A model generated the notes under the pieces. That model made no database searches. It was not told where the DNA came from and saw only the letters and a program-made list of their open reading frames with translations. A program made the position numbers and the translations under genes. Positions 1 through 8,211 of a stretch of 63,694 nucleotides of DNA are shown here, piece after piece (position 1 is the first letter of the stretch; every line of letters starts with the position of its first letter). Source of the DNA: Minisyncoccota bacterium (lineage in GTDB: Bacteria > Patescibacteriota > Minisyncoccia > Phycocordibacterales > UBA5272). Where the stretch lies: the NCBI GenBank assembly GCA_041651055.1, contig JBAZJW010000005.1, positions 1-63,694 of the forward strand, read 5' to 3'.

Positions 1-8
1 ACCAGTTT

Positions 9-134
9 CCAGATGACGAACCTGCTCAGGCTTGCAAGGAAGAAGTACATGGAAACTGGTGAGGCGATAGTCACGTATGATGACGTTGTCATGGACGCCA
101 TTGAAGAACTGTGGAAGAAAGAAAACAAGTTCTT
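9..134. repeat. Left copy of 126-bp terminal direct repeat (= 63569..63694)
   Basis: Identical base for base by eye. It lies inside one continuous reading frame. nt 1-8 (accagttt) do not match 63561..63568 (tgcaggaa). Confidence 0.9.
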
Positions 135-360
135 CAACGACGACATCAGCACAGTGAGTGTGAACACCAGTGAGGAAAAGAACAGCAATCACGAGATGCT
201 GTTCCGAAGGCGCTGGAATAATCCCAAAGGGTTCAACAGCCCGTACTCGTACTTCGACGGGAAGCTAGTGCCGATAATGGTGGACGACAAAGGAAACATT
301 GTTTACCAGTACAAGCCATCACCTTACGAGCACAGGTGGCAGCAAGAGGGATTGCTATGA
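10..360 (+). CDS. C-terminal segment of the same radical SAM enzyme (10..134 duplicates 63570..63694); full protein about 457 aa
   Basis: The frame is open from the window start. MTNLLRLARKK at 13 is the internal Met seen at 63573. The stop is at 358..360. Confidence 0.75.
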   Translation, partial: QMTNLLRLARKKYMETGEAIVTYDDVVMDAIEELWKKENKFFNDDISTVSVNTSEEKNSNHEMLFRRRWNNPKGFNSPYSYFDGKLVPIMVDDKGNIVYQYKPSPYEHRWQQEGLL

Positions 361-887
361 ACAACATAATCATAGCAATCGGACAGTCAGGCAGTGGCAA
401 GACTACTTGGGTGAAGCAGAACTTTGTGGACGCTCACACCATTGAGAACTTAAAAGAAGGTTTAGTAAAGTATTGCAAGACCGACAGTGACTGCCTCTTG
501 TTAGGGCACTACAACGTGGGAATACGCACTGAGGGCACGGACACTCTAAGCTACAACGCAATTGACGAGGTGCTGGAGTTCATGTTCAATGAGGACAAGT
601 GCAATTACAGCACTGTTGTAGCCGAGGGCGACCGCATTAACAATGCCAAGTTCTTCCAGCGCATAGCACAGCAGTCAATGAATATTCACGTTGAATTGCA
701 TTATTTCAAGTGCGACCTTGCTGAATCAATGGAGCGCCTCAAGAAAGCAGGCTCGACCATAACAGAAACTTTCGTGAAGACGACAATGACCAAGAGTGCA
801 AACAATGCCAAGCTGGCACGTCAGTTAGGATTCAATGTGACCATTCACGACACTAACAGCAAACAACGTGGATTGTGGGGCATGTAA
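357..887 (+). CDS. P-loop kinase (candidate DNA/nucleotide kinase, 5-hmdU-DNA-kinase-like by context)
   Basis: ATGA overlap with the upstream stop. Walker A IAIGQSGSGKTTW is present. The C-terminus is QRGLWGM (PIP-like). Confidence 0.6.
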   Translation: MNNIIIAIGQSGSGKTTWVKQNFVDAHTIENLKEGLVKYCKTDSDCLLLGHYNVGIRTEGTDTLSYNAIDEVLEFMFNEDKCNYSTVVAEGDRINNAKFFQRIAQQSMNIHVELHYFKCDLAESMERLKKAGSTITETFVKTTMTKSANNAKLARQLGFNVTIHDTNSKQRGLWGM

Positions 888-888
888 A

Positions 889-1530
889 ATGTGCGGAATA
901 ATAGGTGCTCACATAAAAGAATTTAACGGCAACACCATAAAATTGTTGATTAACTTGTTTAATGAGAGCAAGATAAGAGGGTTGCACAGCTTTGGAATTG
1001 CGTACTACAATCACGAAGGACACATTTGTGTGGAAAAAAGTCACACACTGGACGCACTTACACTGGTTTCAAGACTTGCTGCGTTGAGCAACGGAAAGTT
1101 CATATTCCATTGTCGATACTCAACGAGTGGCGATTGGACTAATCACAACAACAATCAGCCCATATACCTTCTAGGCATAGGGGCAATTGCCGTTAATGGT
1201 GTCATATGCATGGACGACAAGGAGACAATGGAGAAAAAATACAATGTCGTCTTAGAGACTGCGAATGACGCTGAGATATTGTTGAAAAAACTTGAACAGA
1301 TGGAACTCATGTCGTTCATCAAAAATGAGTCATCAGCGAGCGTTGCAGCAACACTCCTGTCTGGGAATGATGTTTACGCTTTCAGGAATAACAAGCGTCC
1401 ACTATACATATACAACGACAACAAAGCCGAGAACAGAATTGCTGTTTCAACACTTGACATAATACTAAGAGCAGGCGGAAATAAAGATTGTGTCTCAATA
1501 TTAAAACCCTATAATATGTGCACACTATGA
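889..1530 (+). CDS. Stand-alone class II (Ntn) glutamine amidotransferase domain protein
   Basis: N-terminus is MCGIIG (Cys nucleophile after Met removal). Other motifs are RGLHSFG, HCRYSTSG...NQP, VNGVI and ANDAEILL. Confidence 0.75.
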   Translation: MCGIIGAHIKEFNGNTIKLLINLFNESKIRGLHSFGIAYYNHEGHICVEKSHTLDALTLVSRLAALSNGKFIFHCRYSTSGDWTNHNNNQPIYLLGIGAIAVNGVICMDDKETMEKKYNVVLETANDAEILLKKLEQMELMSFIKNESSASVAATLLSGNDVYAFRNNKRPLYIYNDNKAENRIAVSTLDIILRAGGNKDCVSILKPYNMCTL

Positions 1531-2582
1531 TACAAGCTTACAACAAAAAACGCTGGGAAAACTTTAAGCAATATTACAAGCTCATGCGCTACTCATGGGA
1601 TTGTGACCCAGCGTACCCTGCACTTAGGTACATCTGCGACAGGTATGAGTTGAACATGGAACAGCGTTACTGGATAGCATTCCTTTACGGTTGCACCTAT
1701 TGTGTGCCCACAACGTTTTACATTTACAACGAGTTTCCTGACTTTGAGAACGTCAGCATTGACAGGATGCAGAAGTGGTGGAAGGAAAACAAGAAGCGTG
1801 TCTTCTTCCAGTCAGACAGGGCGAAGATGAAAAACTTTGACAAGTTCATTCCTTGCGTGCAAAGTTATATGGAACTTATAAAACCTTGTGACAACAGCCA
1901 ACAACAACTCTTCTTTTCTCTCGAACAAGACTTGGAAAAATTATATGACATAACATACGAGAAAGCAGCAAAAATTTATTACTTCGGAAGATTCAGCCTG
2001 TTCAATTACTTAGAAGCACTCAACGAATTGACAGACCTGAAGATGAGACCTAGTATGATAAAACTTATTGATGCTGAGAGTTCACGCAACGGGCTTTGTT
2101 ACGCCTGCGGTGAGGACGACATGGTCACAATTCATCACGAGCAATCCGTTAAGCCGATTGACTACAAGTACTTAGCACTTGCAATGTGTGACTTGCTCAA
2201 AGAACTGCAGCAAGAAAACCCTGAGCTTAACGTGAACATATGGAACGTTGAGACAGTGCTGTGCGCTTACAAGAAGTTGTACTGGAGCACAAGGTACTTC
2301 GGTTATTACATTGACAGGATGCAGGAAGAGATAACACTTGCTGAGGAGTTCATTCCTAACGGGGTGGATTGGTCAGTGCTGTGGGACTTTAGACGTGAGT
2401 TCCTGCATCATTCCATGCTTGGAGAACTTAACAATTGGCGAGGAGTACGCCATGACAAGATGACAATATTTAAGAATACACAAAAATTTGTCAGTGTATT
2501 TGAGACAGTGCCAGATTTTGGTAACTTCAAAAAAAGTGTAACATTTGAAAAAATTGGTGACGTCTATGAACACGACCTTTAG
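1527..2582 (+). CDS. 351-aa helical protein; candidate aGPT-Pplase / amino-acid:DNA-transferase-like base-modifying enzyme (context only)
   Basis: ATGA overlap with the amidotransferase stop. It sits between kinase/GATase and GNAT. I can quote no diagnostic motif, so the call rests on gene neighbourhood. Confidence 0.35.
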   Translation: MIQAYNKKRWENFKQYYKLMRYSWDCDPAYPALRYICDRYELNMEQRYWIAFLYGCTYCVPTTFYIYNEFPDFENVSIDRMQKWWKENKKRVFFQSDRAKMKNFDKFIPCVQSYMELIKPCDNSQQQLFFSLEQDLEKLYDITYEKAAKIYYFGRFSLFNYLEALNELTDLKMRPSMIKLIDAESSRNGLCYACGEDDMVTIHHEQSVKPIDYKYLALAMCDLLKELQQENPELNVNIWNVETVLCAYKKLYWSTRYFGYYIDRMQEEITLAEEFIPNGVDWSVLWDFRREFLHHSMLGELNNWRGVRHDKMTIFKNTQKFVSVFETVPDFGNFKKSVTFEKIGDVYEHDL

Positions 2583-3105
2583 ACCTATACACGCAACAGA
2601 AAAAAGTGTAATAGAAACAATCTGCCAAGAAAGTGGAAACCCTGACATCAAGCAGTTTCCTAATTACTGGACACGATTCAAGAACTGGGAAAGCAATCCA
2701 CCATGCATCCTCATTGATGACGACACAAAGCGCATCATAGGATTCGCTGCATTCACAATGCAAAAGAAAGGCACTTATTGTAACTTCTACGCATTCTCAG
2801 TGCTTCCTGAATTTAGACGCATGGGGTACGGCGAACGAATTTGGAGATGCACATTATTGTTGGCGAAGAGCATGGGAAAGACCAGAATAAAGGCAGGAGC
2901 AAACATCAACTATTCAGGGTACGCATTCTTCACCAACAAGCTCGGATGGAAACCAATAGCAAAGAAGGGGAACGAGTACAGGTTTGACGCAAACATTACT
3001 GACGTGGAATGCATTGAAGATTTTAAGCGCATTGTCAAGAACCAAGACATTCCGCCTGATGATGAACTTAGTAAATATAAAAATATGGAGGAGTGCTTCC
3101 TATGA
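2566..3105 (+). CDS. GNAT family N-acetyltransferase
   Basis: GFAAFTMQ...FYAFSVLPEFRRMGYGERIW is a GNAT motif A-like R-x-x-G-x-G. ATG 2566 is in frame with the track ORF that starts at TTG 2545. Confidence 0.7.
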   Translation: MNTTFRPIHATEKSVIETICQESGNPDIKQFPNYWTRFKNWESNPPCILIDDDTKRIIGFAAFTMQKKGTYCNFYAFSVLPEFRRMGYGERIWRCTLLLAKSMGKTRIKAGANINYSGYAFFTNKLGWKPIAKKGNEYRFDANITDVECIEDFKRIVKNQDIPPDDELSKYKNMEECFL

Positions 3106-3290
3106 ACCAAGCACAATTCATGCAGAAGTACAGGAGCCTCACGCCTAATCAGAGAACCAGAACAGTGGTGACCATTGAACTTGAACACAACACCAACATA
3201 TTTGAAACGCCTTACAACTGGAATCAAATGTTCAATGAGGTCATACGAAAGACACAAATAGGCAAACAGCTTTTGGAGAAGCTACAATGA
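3102..3290 (+). CDS. Hypothetical protein (62 aa)
   Basis: ATGA overlap with the GNAT stop. The ORF is in the track (alternative start 3093). Confidence 0.5.
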   Translation: MNQAQFMQKYRSLTPNQRTRTVVTIELEHNTNIFETPYNWNQMFNEVIRKTQIGKQLLEKLQ

Positions 3291-3463
3291 CGAATTACAA
3301 AGAATATAGTGATGCAAAAGAAGCAATATCTCATTGTATCTCTAATAAGGAACAGGAGATAGCAAAAATAGAAATCGAAATTATAGAATTAAAACATACT
3401 AGACGAATGCTTGATGAAGAATTTAAAAAGAAACTTAATGAAAAACCAAATTTTATTGGATGA
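3287..3463 (+). CDS. Hypothetical coiled-coil protein (58 aa)
   Basis: Hand-translated MTNYKEYSDAKEAISHCISNKEQEIAKIEIEIIELK.... ATGA overlap with the upstream stop. It is below the track size cutoff. Confidence 0.45.
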   Translation: MTNYKEYSDAKEAISHCISNKEQEIAKIEIEIIELKHTRRMLDEEFKKKLNEKPNFIG

Positions 3464-3467
3464 TAAA

Positions 3468-5267
3468 ATGATTAACGAAGAAAACGCACTGATACTGGAC
3501 ATTGAAACCAAGACTATGTCCAGCAAGCCCAGTGGTGAACTGGACATTCACAGAGTCACTGGAATGTACAGTTATCCTCACAACAAGTTCATGCTCACAA
3601 TAGCCGTGCCTAACGTCCAGGCTGAGGTGGACGGGCACAAGGTCATAGTGGGGCACAACATTGAAGAGTACGACAGGCCAGTTCTTGAACGAGCAGGTAT
3701 TAGCTTTGATTACAAAATCATCGTTGACACGTTGCGCATAGCAAAGAACAGACTAAAACCTTTGATGCGTATAGACACCGAAAGTCATAGCCTTCAAGCA
3801 CTGGCTGAAATTCTCAATCTGAAAACTTTGAAGGGAGAAATTGATTACAAGATATTCCAGAAGCAGCCGAGTGAATGGACGGAGCAGGAAAAGGCAGAGA
3901 TTGTTAAGTACACCAAGGGTGACATTGAGGTTACCAAGGAATTGTTCGAGCTTTTTTACAACAAGTTCGTTGTATTCAGACAGTTCGTCAGTGAGAAGAA
4001 TCAGAAAAACTGGAGCTGGCTGACGTGCAGCAGTGGAAGTTTGAGCTACAAGATACTGTGCAACTTCGCAGGACTAGAAGAAAAGTATGCCAACAAAGAA
4101 AACCCTAGAGAAAAAGTTGGTGGGTTCGTCCTTGAACCAACAGGCGAAGAATACTTTGACGTTTGGTACTTAGACTTCGCTTCACTGTACCCTCAGATTT
4201 ACATGATGTTCAACCTGTTCGGCAACCCCACGCTTAGACCTGACTGCACTGACTGGTTCACTGGCAACAGCGTGTTTGAGATTAAAGGCAAATACGCCAA
4301 GGACAAGCCTCACATTCTAAGCTTGAAGTATGAGTACATGTTCAAGGAGCGCAAGAAGGTCAAGAAGTCCGACCCACCACTAGCGTATGCGTACAAGATT
4401 ATCCTGAATGGTGGCTACGGAGTTACACGTAGTCCAGTGTTTGAGAGCATTTTTTACGAGCACACAGGTGCTGATTGCTGCCGTATAGGGCAGAAGATGA
4501 ATCAGCTGATAGGACAATTCTTTGACGAAGCAGGATTTGACAGCGTTGCTGGAGACACAGACAGCAGGTTCTTGAAGTACAGGGGTTCAATGCCTATTCC
4601 CGAGCAGAAAAAGCTTCTTGAAGAAACGACCAAAAAGCTTATTGACTTTGTGAACGCAAACGTTCCTTTCCCTTCGTCAACGTTCGAGCTGGAAAACCAG
4701 ACGGGAAATGAGCCAGTGAAGTACATCAAGTTCGTCAAAGACAGAATCAAAAATAAGTTTTTGAAAAAGAATTACTTGTACGTTTACAAGGATGACAAGA
4801 CAGGAGCTAACAAGGTTGAGATTAAAGGAATGCCGATAATAAAGCATTCAGCAACAAAGGTTGGCAAGCGTGTGCTGGAAGAATACATCAAGCCCAAAAT
4901 TATTGCGAAAGGCATATGCGATTTTTCCAAGCAGGAAATCATGAAGAAAGCTGCAGAGATACTGAGTTTAGACATTAGTTTGGCTAGTGTCATGTTTAAG
5001 GTGAACGCTGCTAATACTTACAAGTCACAGACGTGCATTCAATACGCCATAAGCCAGAAGTTCTTTGGCGGAGAATCAGGAGTCATCCACCTGGTCAAGA
5101 ACAAGCGTGGCGGAGAAGTCAAGACTGGTGACGGCTATTATTGCTCAATGGATTATGCACGCACAAAACTTTGCTCCAGCGACATCATACTAGAGAAGCT
5201 GGAAAATGAGATTGAACCTTTCGTGACGCACAGAATTAATAATCAAAAAAGCTTATGGAATATCTAA
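3468..5267 (+). CDS. polB: Family B DNA polymerase with 3'-5' exonuclease domain
   Basis: ExoI LILDIET, ExoII HNIEEYD, ExoIII YTKGD. Pol motif A DFASLYPQ, motif B KIILNGGYG, motif C AGDTDS. The C-terminus is QKSLWNI. The start could also be 3411. Confidence 0.9.
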   Translation: MINEENALILDIETKTMSSKPSGELDIHRVTGMYSYPHNKFMLTIAVPNVQAEVDGHKVIVGHNIEEYDRPVLERAGISFDYKIIVDTLRIAKNRLKPLMRIDTESHSLQALAEILNLKTLKGEIDYKIFQKQPSEWTEQEKAEIVKYTKGDIEVTKELFELFYNKFVVFRQFVSEKNQKNWSWLTCSSGSLSYKILCNFAGLEEKYANKENPREKVGGFVLEPTGEEYFDVWYLDFASLYPQIYMMFNLFGNPTLRPDCTDWFTGNSVFEIKGKYAKDKPHILSLKYEYMFKERKKVKKSDPPLAYAYKIILNGGYGVTRSPVFESIFYEHTGADCCRIGQKMNQLIGQFFDEAGFDSVAGDTDSRFLKYRGSMPIPEQKKLLEETTKKLIDFVNANVPFPSSTFELENQTGNEPVKYIKFVKDRIKNKFLKKNYLYVYKDDKTGANKVEIKGMPIIKHSATKVGKRVLEEYIKPKIIAKGICDFSKQEIMKKAAEILSLDISLASVMFKVNAANTYKSQTCIQYAISQKFFGGESGVIHLVKNKRGGEVKTGDGYYCSMDYARTKLCSSDIILEKLENEIEPFVTHRINNQKSLWNI

Positions 5268-5280
5268 AAAGGTGACTACA

Positions 5281-6012
5281 ATGAAACTGAGCAAGTCAAA
5301 AGTGTTGATGTTTAAAGGATGCCCCCACAGGTACAAGGTGACAATAATTGACGGGTGGAAGCCTAACAAGGCTGCTGCTCAGTTGCAGAAAGGCATTGAC
5401 ATTCACGAGCACATAGAGAACGTCACCAAGGACGTGAAGAATGTTACAGAACTCAAGCAGAAGATTCAGGAGCGCACCATAAAGCGAGACCACGCCATTG
5501 ACATAATAAACTTTTTCGATTGGCAAAGCAAGAGGAAGCTGCCAGTGTTTGTCGAAGAATATTTTTTTGATGAGGAATACAACCTGTCAGGAAAGATTGA
5601 CAGGGTCGACATGGACAAGAATGGCGAGCTAGTGCTTATTGATTACAAAACTGGAAAGGGCAAGTGGCTTCCCAACGGACAGCCTGCTTGGGATTATTAC
5701 AGGTTCGAGCTTGCTGTCTACACGTACTTGTTCGAGAAGTGCACGAATCAGACCATTAGCAAGTGGGGAATTTATTTCACCACACAGAATGAGTACATGG
5801 AAGAACCCGTTGTCCGTGCTGAAATAAAAAAAGCCTTGGACACTGTTGTTGAAGTCAGGACACAGATACAAGAATGTATTGACAAAGATTCCTGGGTAAA
5901 GTGTCCCACGTACTTGTGCAAGTGGTGCGAGCTTTACTTGAATAAGAAGTGTGACGGCGGAGAAAGAAAGTTTAATGACGACTTTGACGACTCTGGAATG
6001 CTGGTGATTTAG
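5281..6012 (+). CDS. Cas4/RecB-like PD-(D/E)XK exonuclease with Fe-S cysteines
   Basis: N-terminal Cys in FKGCPHRY. Nuclease motifs GKIDRVD and LIDYKTGK. C-terminal CPTYLCKWC...KKC. GGTGA lies 5 nt before ATG 5281. Confidence 0.75.
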   Translation: MKLSKSKVLMFKGCPHRYKVTIIDGWKPNKAAAQLQKGIDIHEHIENVTKDVKNVTELKQKIQERTIKRDHAIDIINFFDWQSKRKLPVFVEEYFFDEEYNLSGKIDRVDMDKNGELVLIDYKTGKGKWLPNGQPAWDYYRFELAVYTYLFEKCTNQTISKWGIYFTTQNEYMEEPVVRAEIKKALDTVVEVRTQIQECIDKDSWVKCPTYLCKWCELYLNKKCDGGERKFNDDFDDSGMLVI

Positions 6013-6014
6013 AA

Positions 6015-6464
6015 ATGGTCAACGCAATAAAAAAAGGGAAGAGCTTTGAGCGTGAAGTGGCCAATTACTTGACCGCAAAAACTGGAGTCACTTGGCACAG
6101 AGTACCGCAAAGTGGAGCTTTCGCCACTGTGAATAACAGCAACGACAGCAGGTTCGATGGTGACGTGTTCACCGAGGACGAGCAGTTCAAGGACTTAGTA
6201 GTTGAGTGCAAGAGCAACAAGAATGATGTTGACCTGAACGTGCTGTTTAATCCTAAGAGCATGTTTTGGAGTTGGGTCGAGCAGACCGAGTTTGAAAGCA
6301 AGGACAAGAGGTGGTTACTATTCTTCAAAATAACACACAAGGGTTTCTTTCTCGTATCAAAAGGTACGGAAATCTTCGAACTGCTGGATTTACACACAAG
6401 CAGATTGTCAATAAAGAATGTATGGAACGGAGCGGAAACATTACAGATAATAAAAATAAGCTAA
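6015..6464 (+). CDS. hjc: Hjc-like Holliday junction resolvase (PD-(D/E)XK)
   Basis: KGKSFEREVANYL...SG...DGDVF...VVECKS matches the archaeal Hjc motif order. Confidence 0.65.
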   Translation: MVNAIKKGKSFEREVANYLTAKTGVTWHRVPQSGAFATVNNSNDSRFDGDVFTEDEQFKDLVVECKSNKNDVDLNVLFNPKSMFWSWVEQTEFESKDKRWLLFFKITHKGFFLVSKGTEIFELLDLHTSRLSIKNVWNGAETLQIIKIS

Positions 6465-6631
6465 TGCACAATGGACATACCAGAGTCCGACGTGGGCATT
6501 TAGTTGTAATAGGCTTCAATGAGAAGAAGTATTATATTATAGTGGACGAGGACAAGAGATTCCAAGGCTTTTATTCTGGCGATATTGACGAGGTTGAACT
6601 TCCTACTGGGTGGTCGTTTAAATACTGGTAG
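6464..6631 (+). CDS. Hypothetical protein (55 aa)
   Basis: ATG 6464 overlaps the hjc stop. It is in frame with track ORF 6311..6631. Confidence 0.4.
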   Translation: MHNGHTRVRRGHLVVIGFNEKKYYIIVDEDKRFQGFYSGDIDEVELPTGWSFKYW

Positions 6632-6689
6632 ATTAGCCTTATTTATATACTTTATAAGCATATATAAAGGGTATATAAATAAAAAAGAG

Positions 6690-6753
6690 AAAGATATATA
6701 TACTAGCTTGACTATTATAATAGTAGAAACAACGCTTGGAGGCGCAAAAAATG
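6690..6753 (+). promoter_or_regulatory. Early promoter plus conserved leader, copy 1
   Basis: The order is AAAGATATATATA, then CTATTATAAT, then GCTTGGAGGCGCAAAAAATG. It is near-identical to the copies at 9087 and 12601. Confidence 0.7.
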
Positions 6754-7593
6754 ACAAACGAAACAATAAGCACAACAGTTGAAGGCAAAGAAGTTATCTA
6801 CGACGTCAGGAACAAGTCCTGGACTTACGACGGCGTTGCAGAAGCCATAGTCGTCAAGCTAACACCTAGCTTGGCCTCAACAGTGAACAAGGCTCTCGAG
6901 AAGAACGTAGCCGAATATCAGGCCAGGATACTGGAAGAAGCAGCCACTAAGAAAGCAGCAGAGCTTGCCAAGATGCAGGAGCAGCTAGACACGTTCAAGC
7001 GCAGGGTAACACAGGCTTTTACTTATGTTGGATACACGCTCAAATTCGCCGACCTGACCAATGTCTGGGCTAGGGTGAACGAAGTCAGCGTCAGTAAGGA
7101 TAACATAAGTGCAGAAGTCAGGTACGACAGCAGCGTTTACCACAGTGGAAGCTTCGGCTCTTCACTGACTAATAAGCCGTGGATAGTCAGTTTTTCCTAC
7201 AAGAACATAAGATATACTACTCTGGAGAAGGCATTGGAAGCAGCCAAGACAAGGATTGACGAGAAGATAGCAGAGAACACTGCCAAGGTAGAAGCTAAGA
7301 AGAAAGAAGAAGACAGGGACGTTGAGACACAGGAGAAGCTTGACCAGTACGGAATAAAGCTAGTCACTGAAGTTGAGTACGGCAGGAACAGAAGCTACAA
7401 TTGCAAGCGAGCCGTCATAACAGTAGCCGAGGACAACGACCAGAAGTACGGCGTAGCCCTTAAAGGCAGCTTCGGAATGACAGACCTTGAAGTCGAACAC
7501 GTCAAGATAAGGGGAAGATTCAGCGCAGAGCAGTTTCAGAAGCTCGCGGAGTTCGTCAAAACACTCGACGTGACTCCAGTGTACGATTACTAA
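6751..7593 (+). CDS. Hypothetical protein (280 aa)
   Basis: ATG lies behind the conserved GGAGG leader. The track ORF starts at an upstream TTG. Confidence 0.7.
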   Translation: MTNETISTTVEGKEVIYDVRNKSWTYDGVAEAIVVKLTPSLASTVNKALEKNVAEYQARILEEAATKKAAELAKMQEQLDTFKRRVTQAFTYVGYTLKFADLTNVWARVNEVSVSKDNISAEVRYDSSVYHSGSFGSSLTNKPWIVSFSYKNIRYTTLEKALEAAKTRIDEKIAENTAKVEAKKKEEDRDVETQEKLDQYGIKLVTEVEYGRNRSYNCKRAVITVAEDNDQKYGVALKGSFGMTDLEVEHVKIRGRFSAEQFQKLAEFVKTLDVTPVYDY

Positions 7594-7609
7594 TTGGAGG
7601 CGATGAAGA

Positions 7610-7927
7610 ATGACAGAAAAAATAACAGTATTTGGAAAAGAAATTCGCAAGGGGCACTGCTCTTGCTTGCCAGCAAGGATAGTGGTCAAGAGATTCGACC
7701 ACTACATAATGTGCGATATAAGTAGTTTCTTCTCAACTGAGATGAAACCGAGCTACGACGGGCAGGGCAAGACCAAGGACATGGGCACGCACCTGACAGA
7801 AGACGAAATCATTAAATTCTTAGAAGAAAGCACAAGCTTTGAAACGTCAGAAACTGACCATGAGAAGCTGCTCATAATCAACACGCCAGAGTTCAAGATT
7901 GTTGTGATAGTGGAGGAAAGAAAATGA
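7610..7927 (+). CDS. Hypothetical protein (105 aa)
   Basis: It is preceded by TTGGAGGCGATGAAGAATG, a leader-like sequence without a TATA box. Confidence 0.6.
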   Translation: MTEKITVFGKEIRKGHCSCLPARIVVKRFDHYIMCDISSFFSTEMKPSYDGQGKTKDMGTHLTEDEIIKFLEESTSFETSETDHEKLLIINTPEFKIVVIVEERK

Positions 7928-8073
7928 CATACGCAAGAGACATAAAACCCGAGTACCTAACAGACACTTTTTTTGGCAAGGGCTTTGAAGCCAAGCTCAA
8001 GAAAGCAGAGAAGAATGAGAAAGACCTTGAAGTTGGAATATTTTTTAACGTCAGGGACATGAAAGAGGTGTAA
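7924..8073 (+). CDS. Hypothetical protein (49 aa)
   Basis: Hand-translated MTYARDIKPEYLTDTFFGKGFEAK.... ATGA overlap with the upstream stop. Confidence 0.4.
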   Translation: MTYARDIKPEYLTDTFFGKGFEAKLKKAEKNEKDLEVGIFFNVRDMKEV

Positions 8074-8075
8074 CA

Positions 8076-8210
8076 ATGACAACACAAGTTGGCGAGACTG
8101 CTTACAATCAAGACAGGCAGGTCATCGAACAGAAGACTCAGGAAGCCGTCCTGAGTCTCACTAAATCTTTATGTTCATCAAAGAATAACAAACGTTTTGG
8201 AGGAAACTAA
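8076..8210 (+). CDS. Hypothetical protein (44 aa)
   Basis: Hand-translated MTTQVGETAYNQDRQVIEQK.... It fills the gap before 8212. Confidence 0.35.
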   Translation: MTTQVGETAYNQDRQVIEQKTQEAVLSLTKSLCSSKNNKRFGGN

Positions 8211-8211
8211 A

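Noticed and set aside
6650-6720. Bacterial sigma70-type promoter (TTGACT ... TATAAT) in the early cassettes
   Set aside because: TTGACT abuts the TATAAT-like box with no 17-bp spacer. The conserved upstream TTTAWATA with an AAAG BRE, together with the archaeo-eukaryotic replisome genes, favours archaeal promoters with an AT-rich proximal element.
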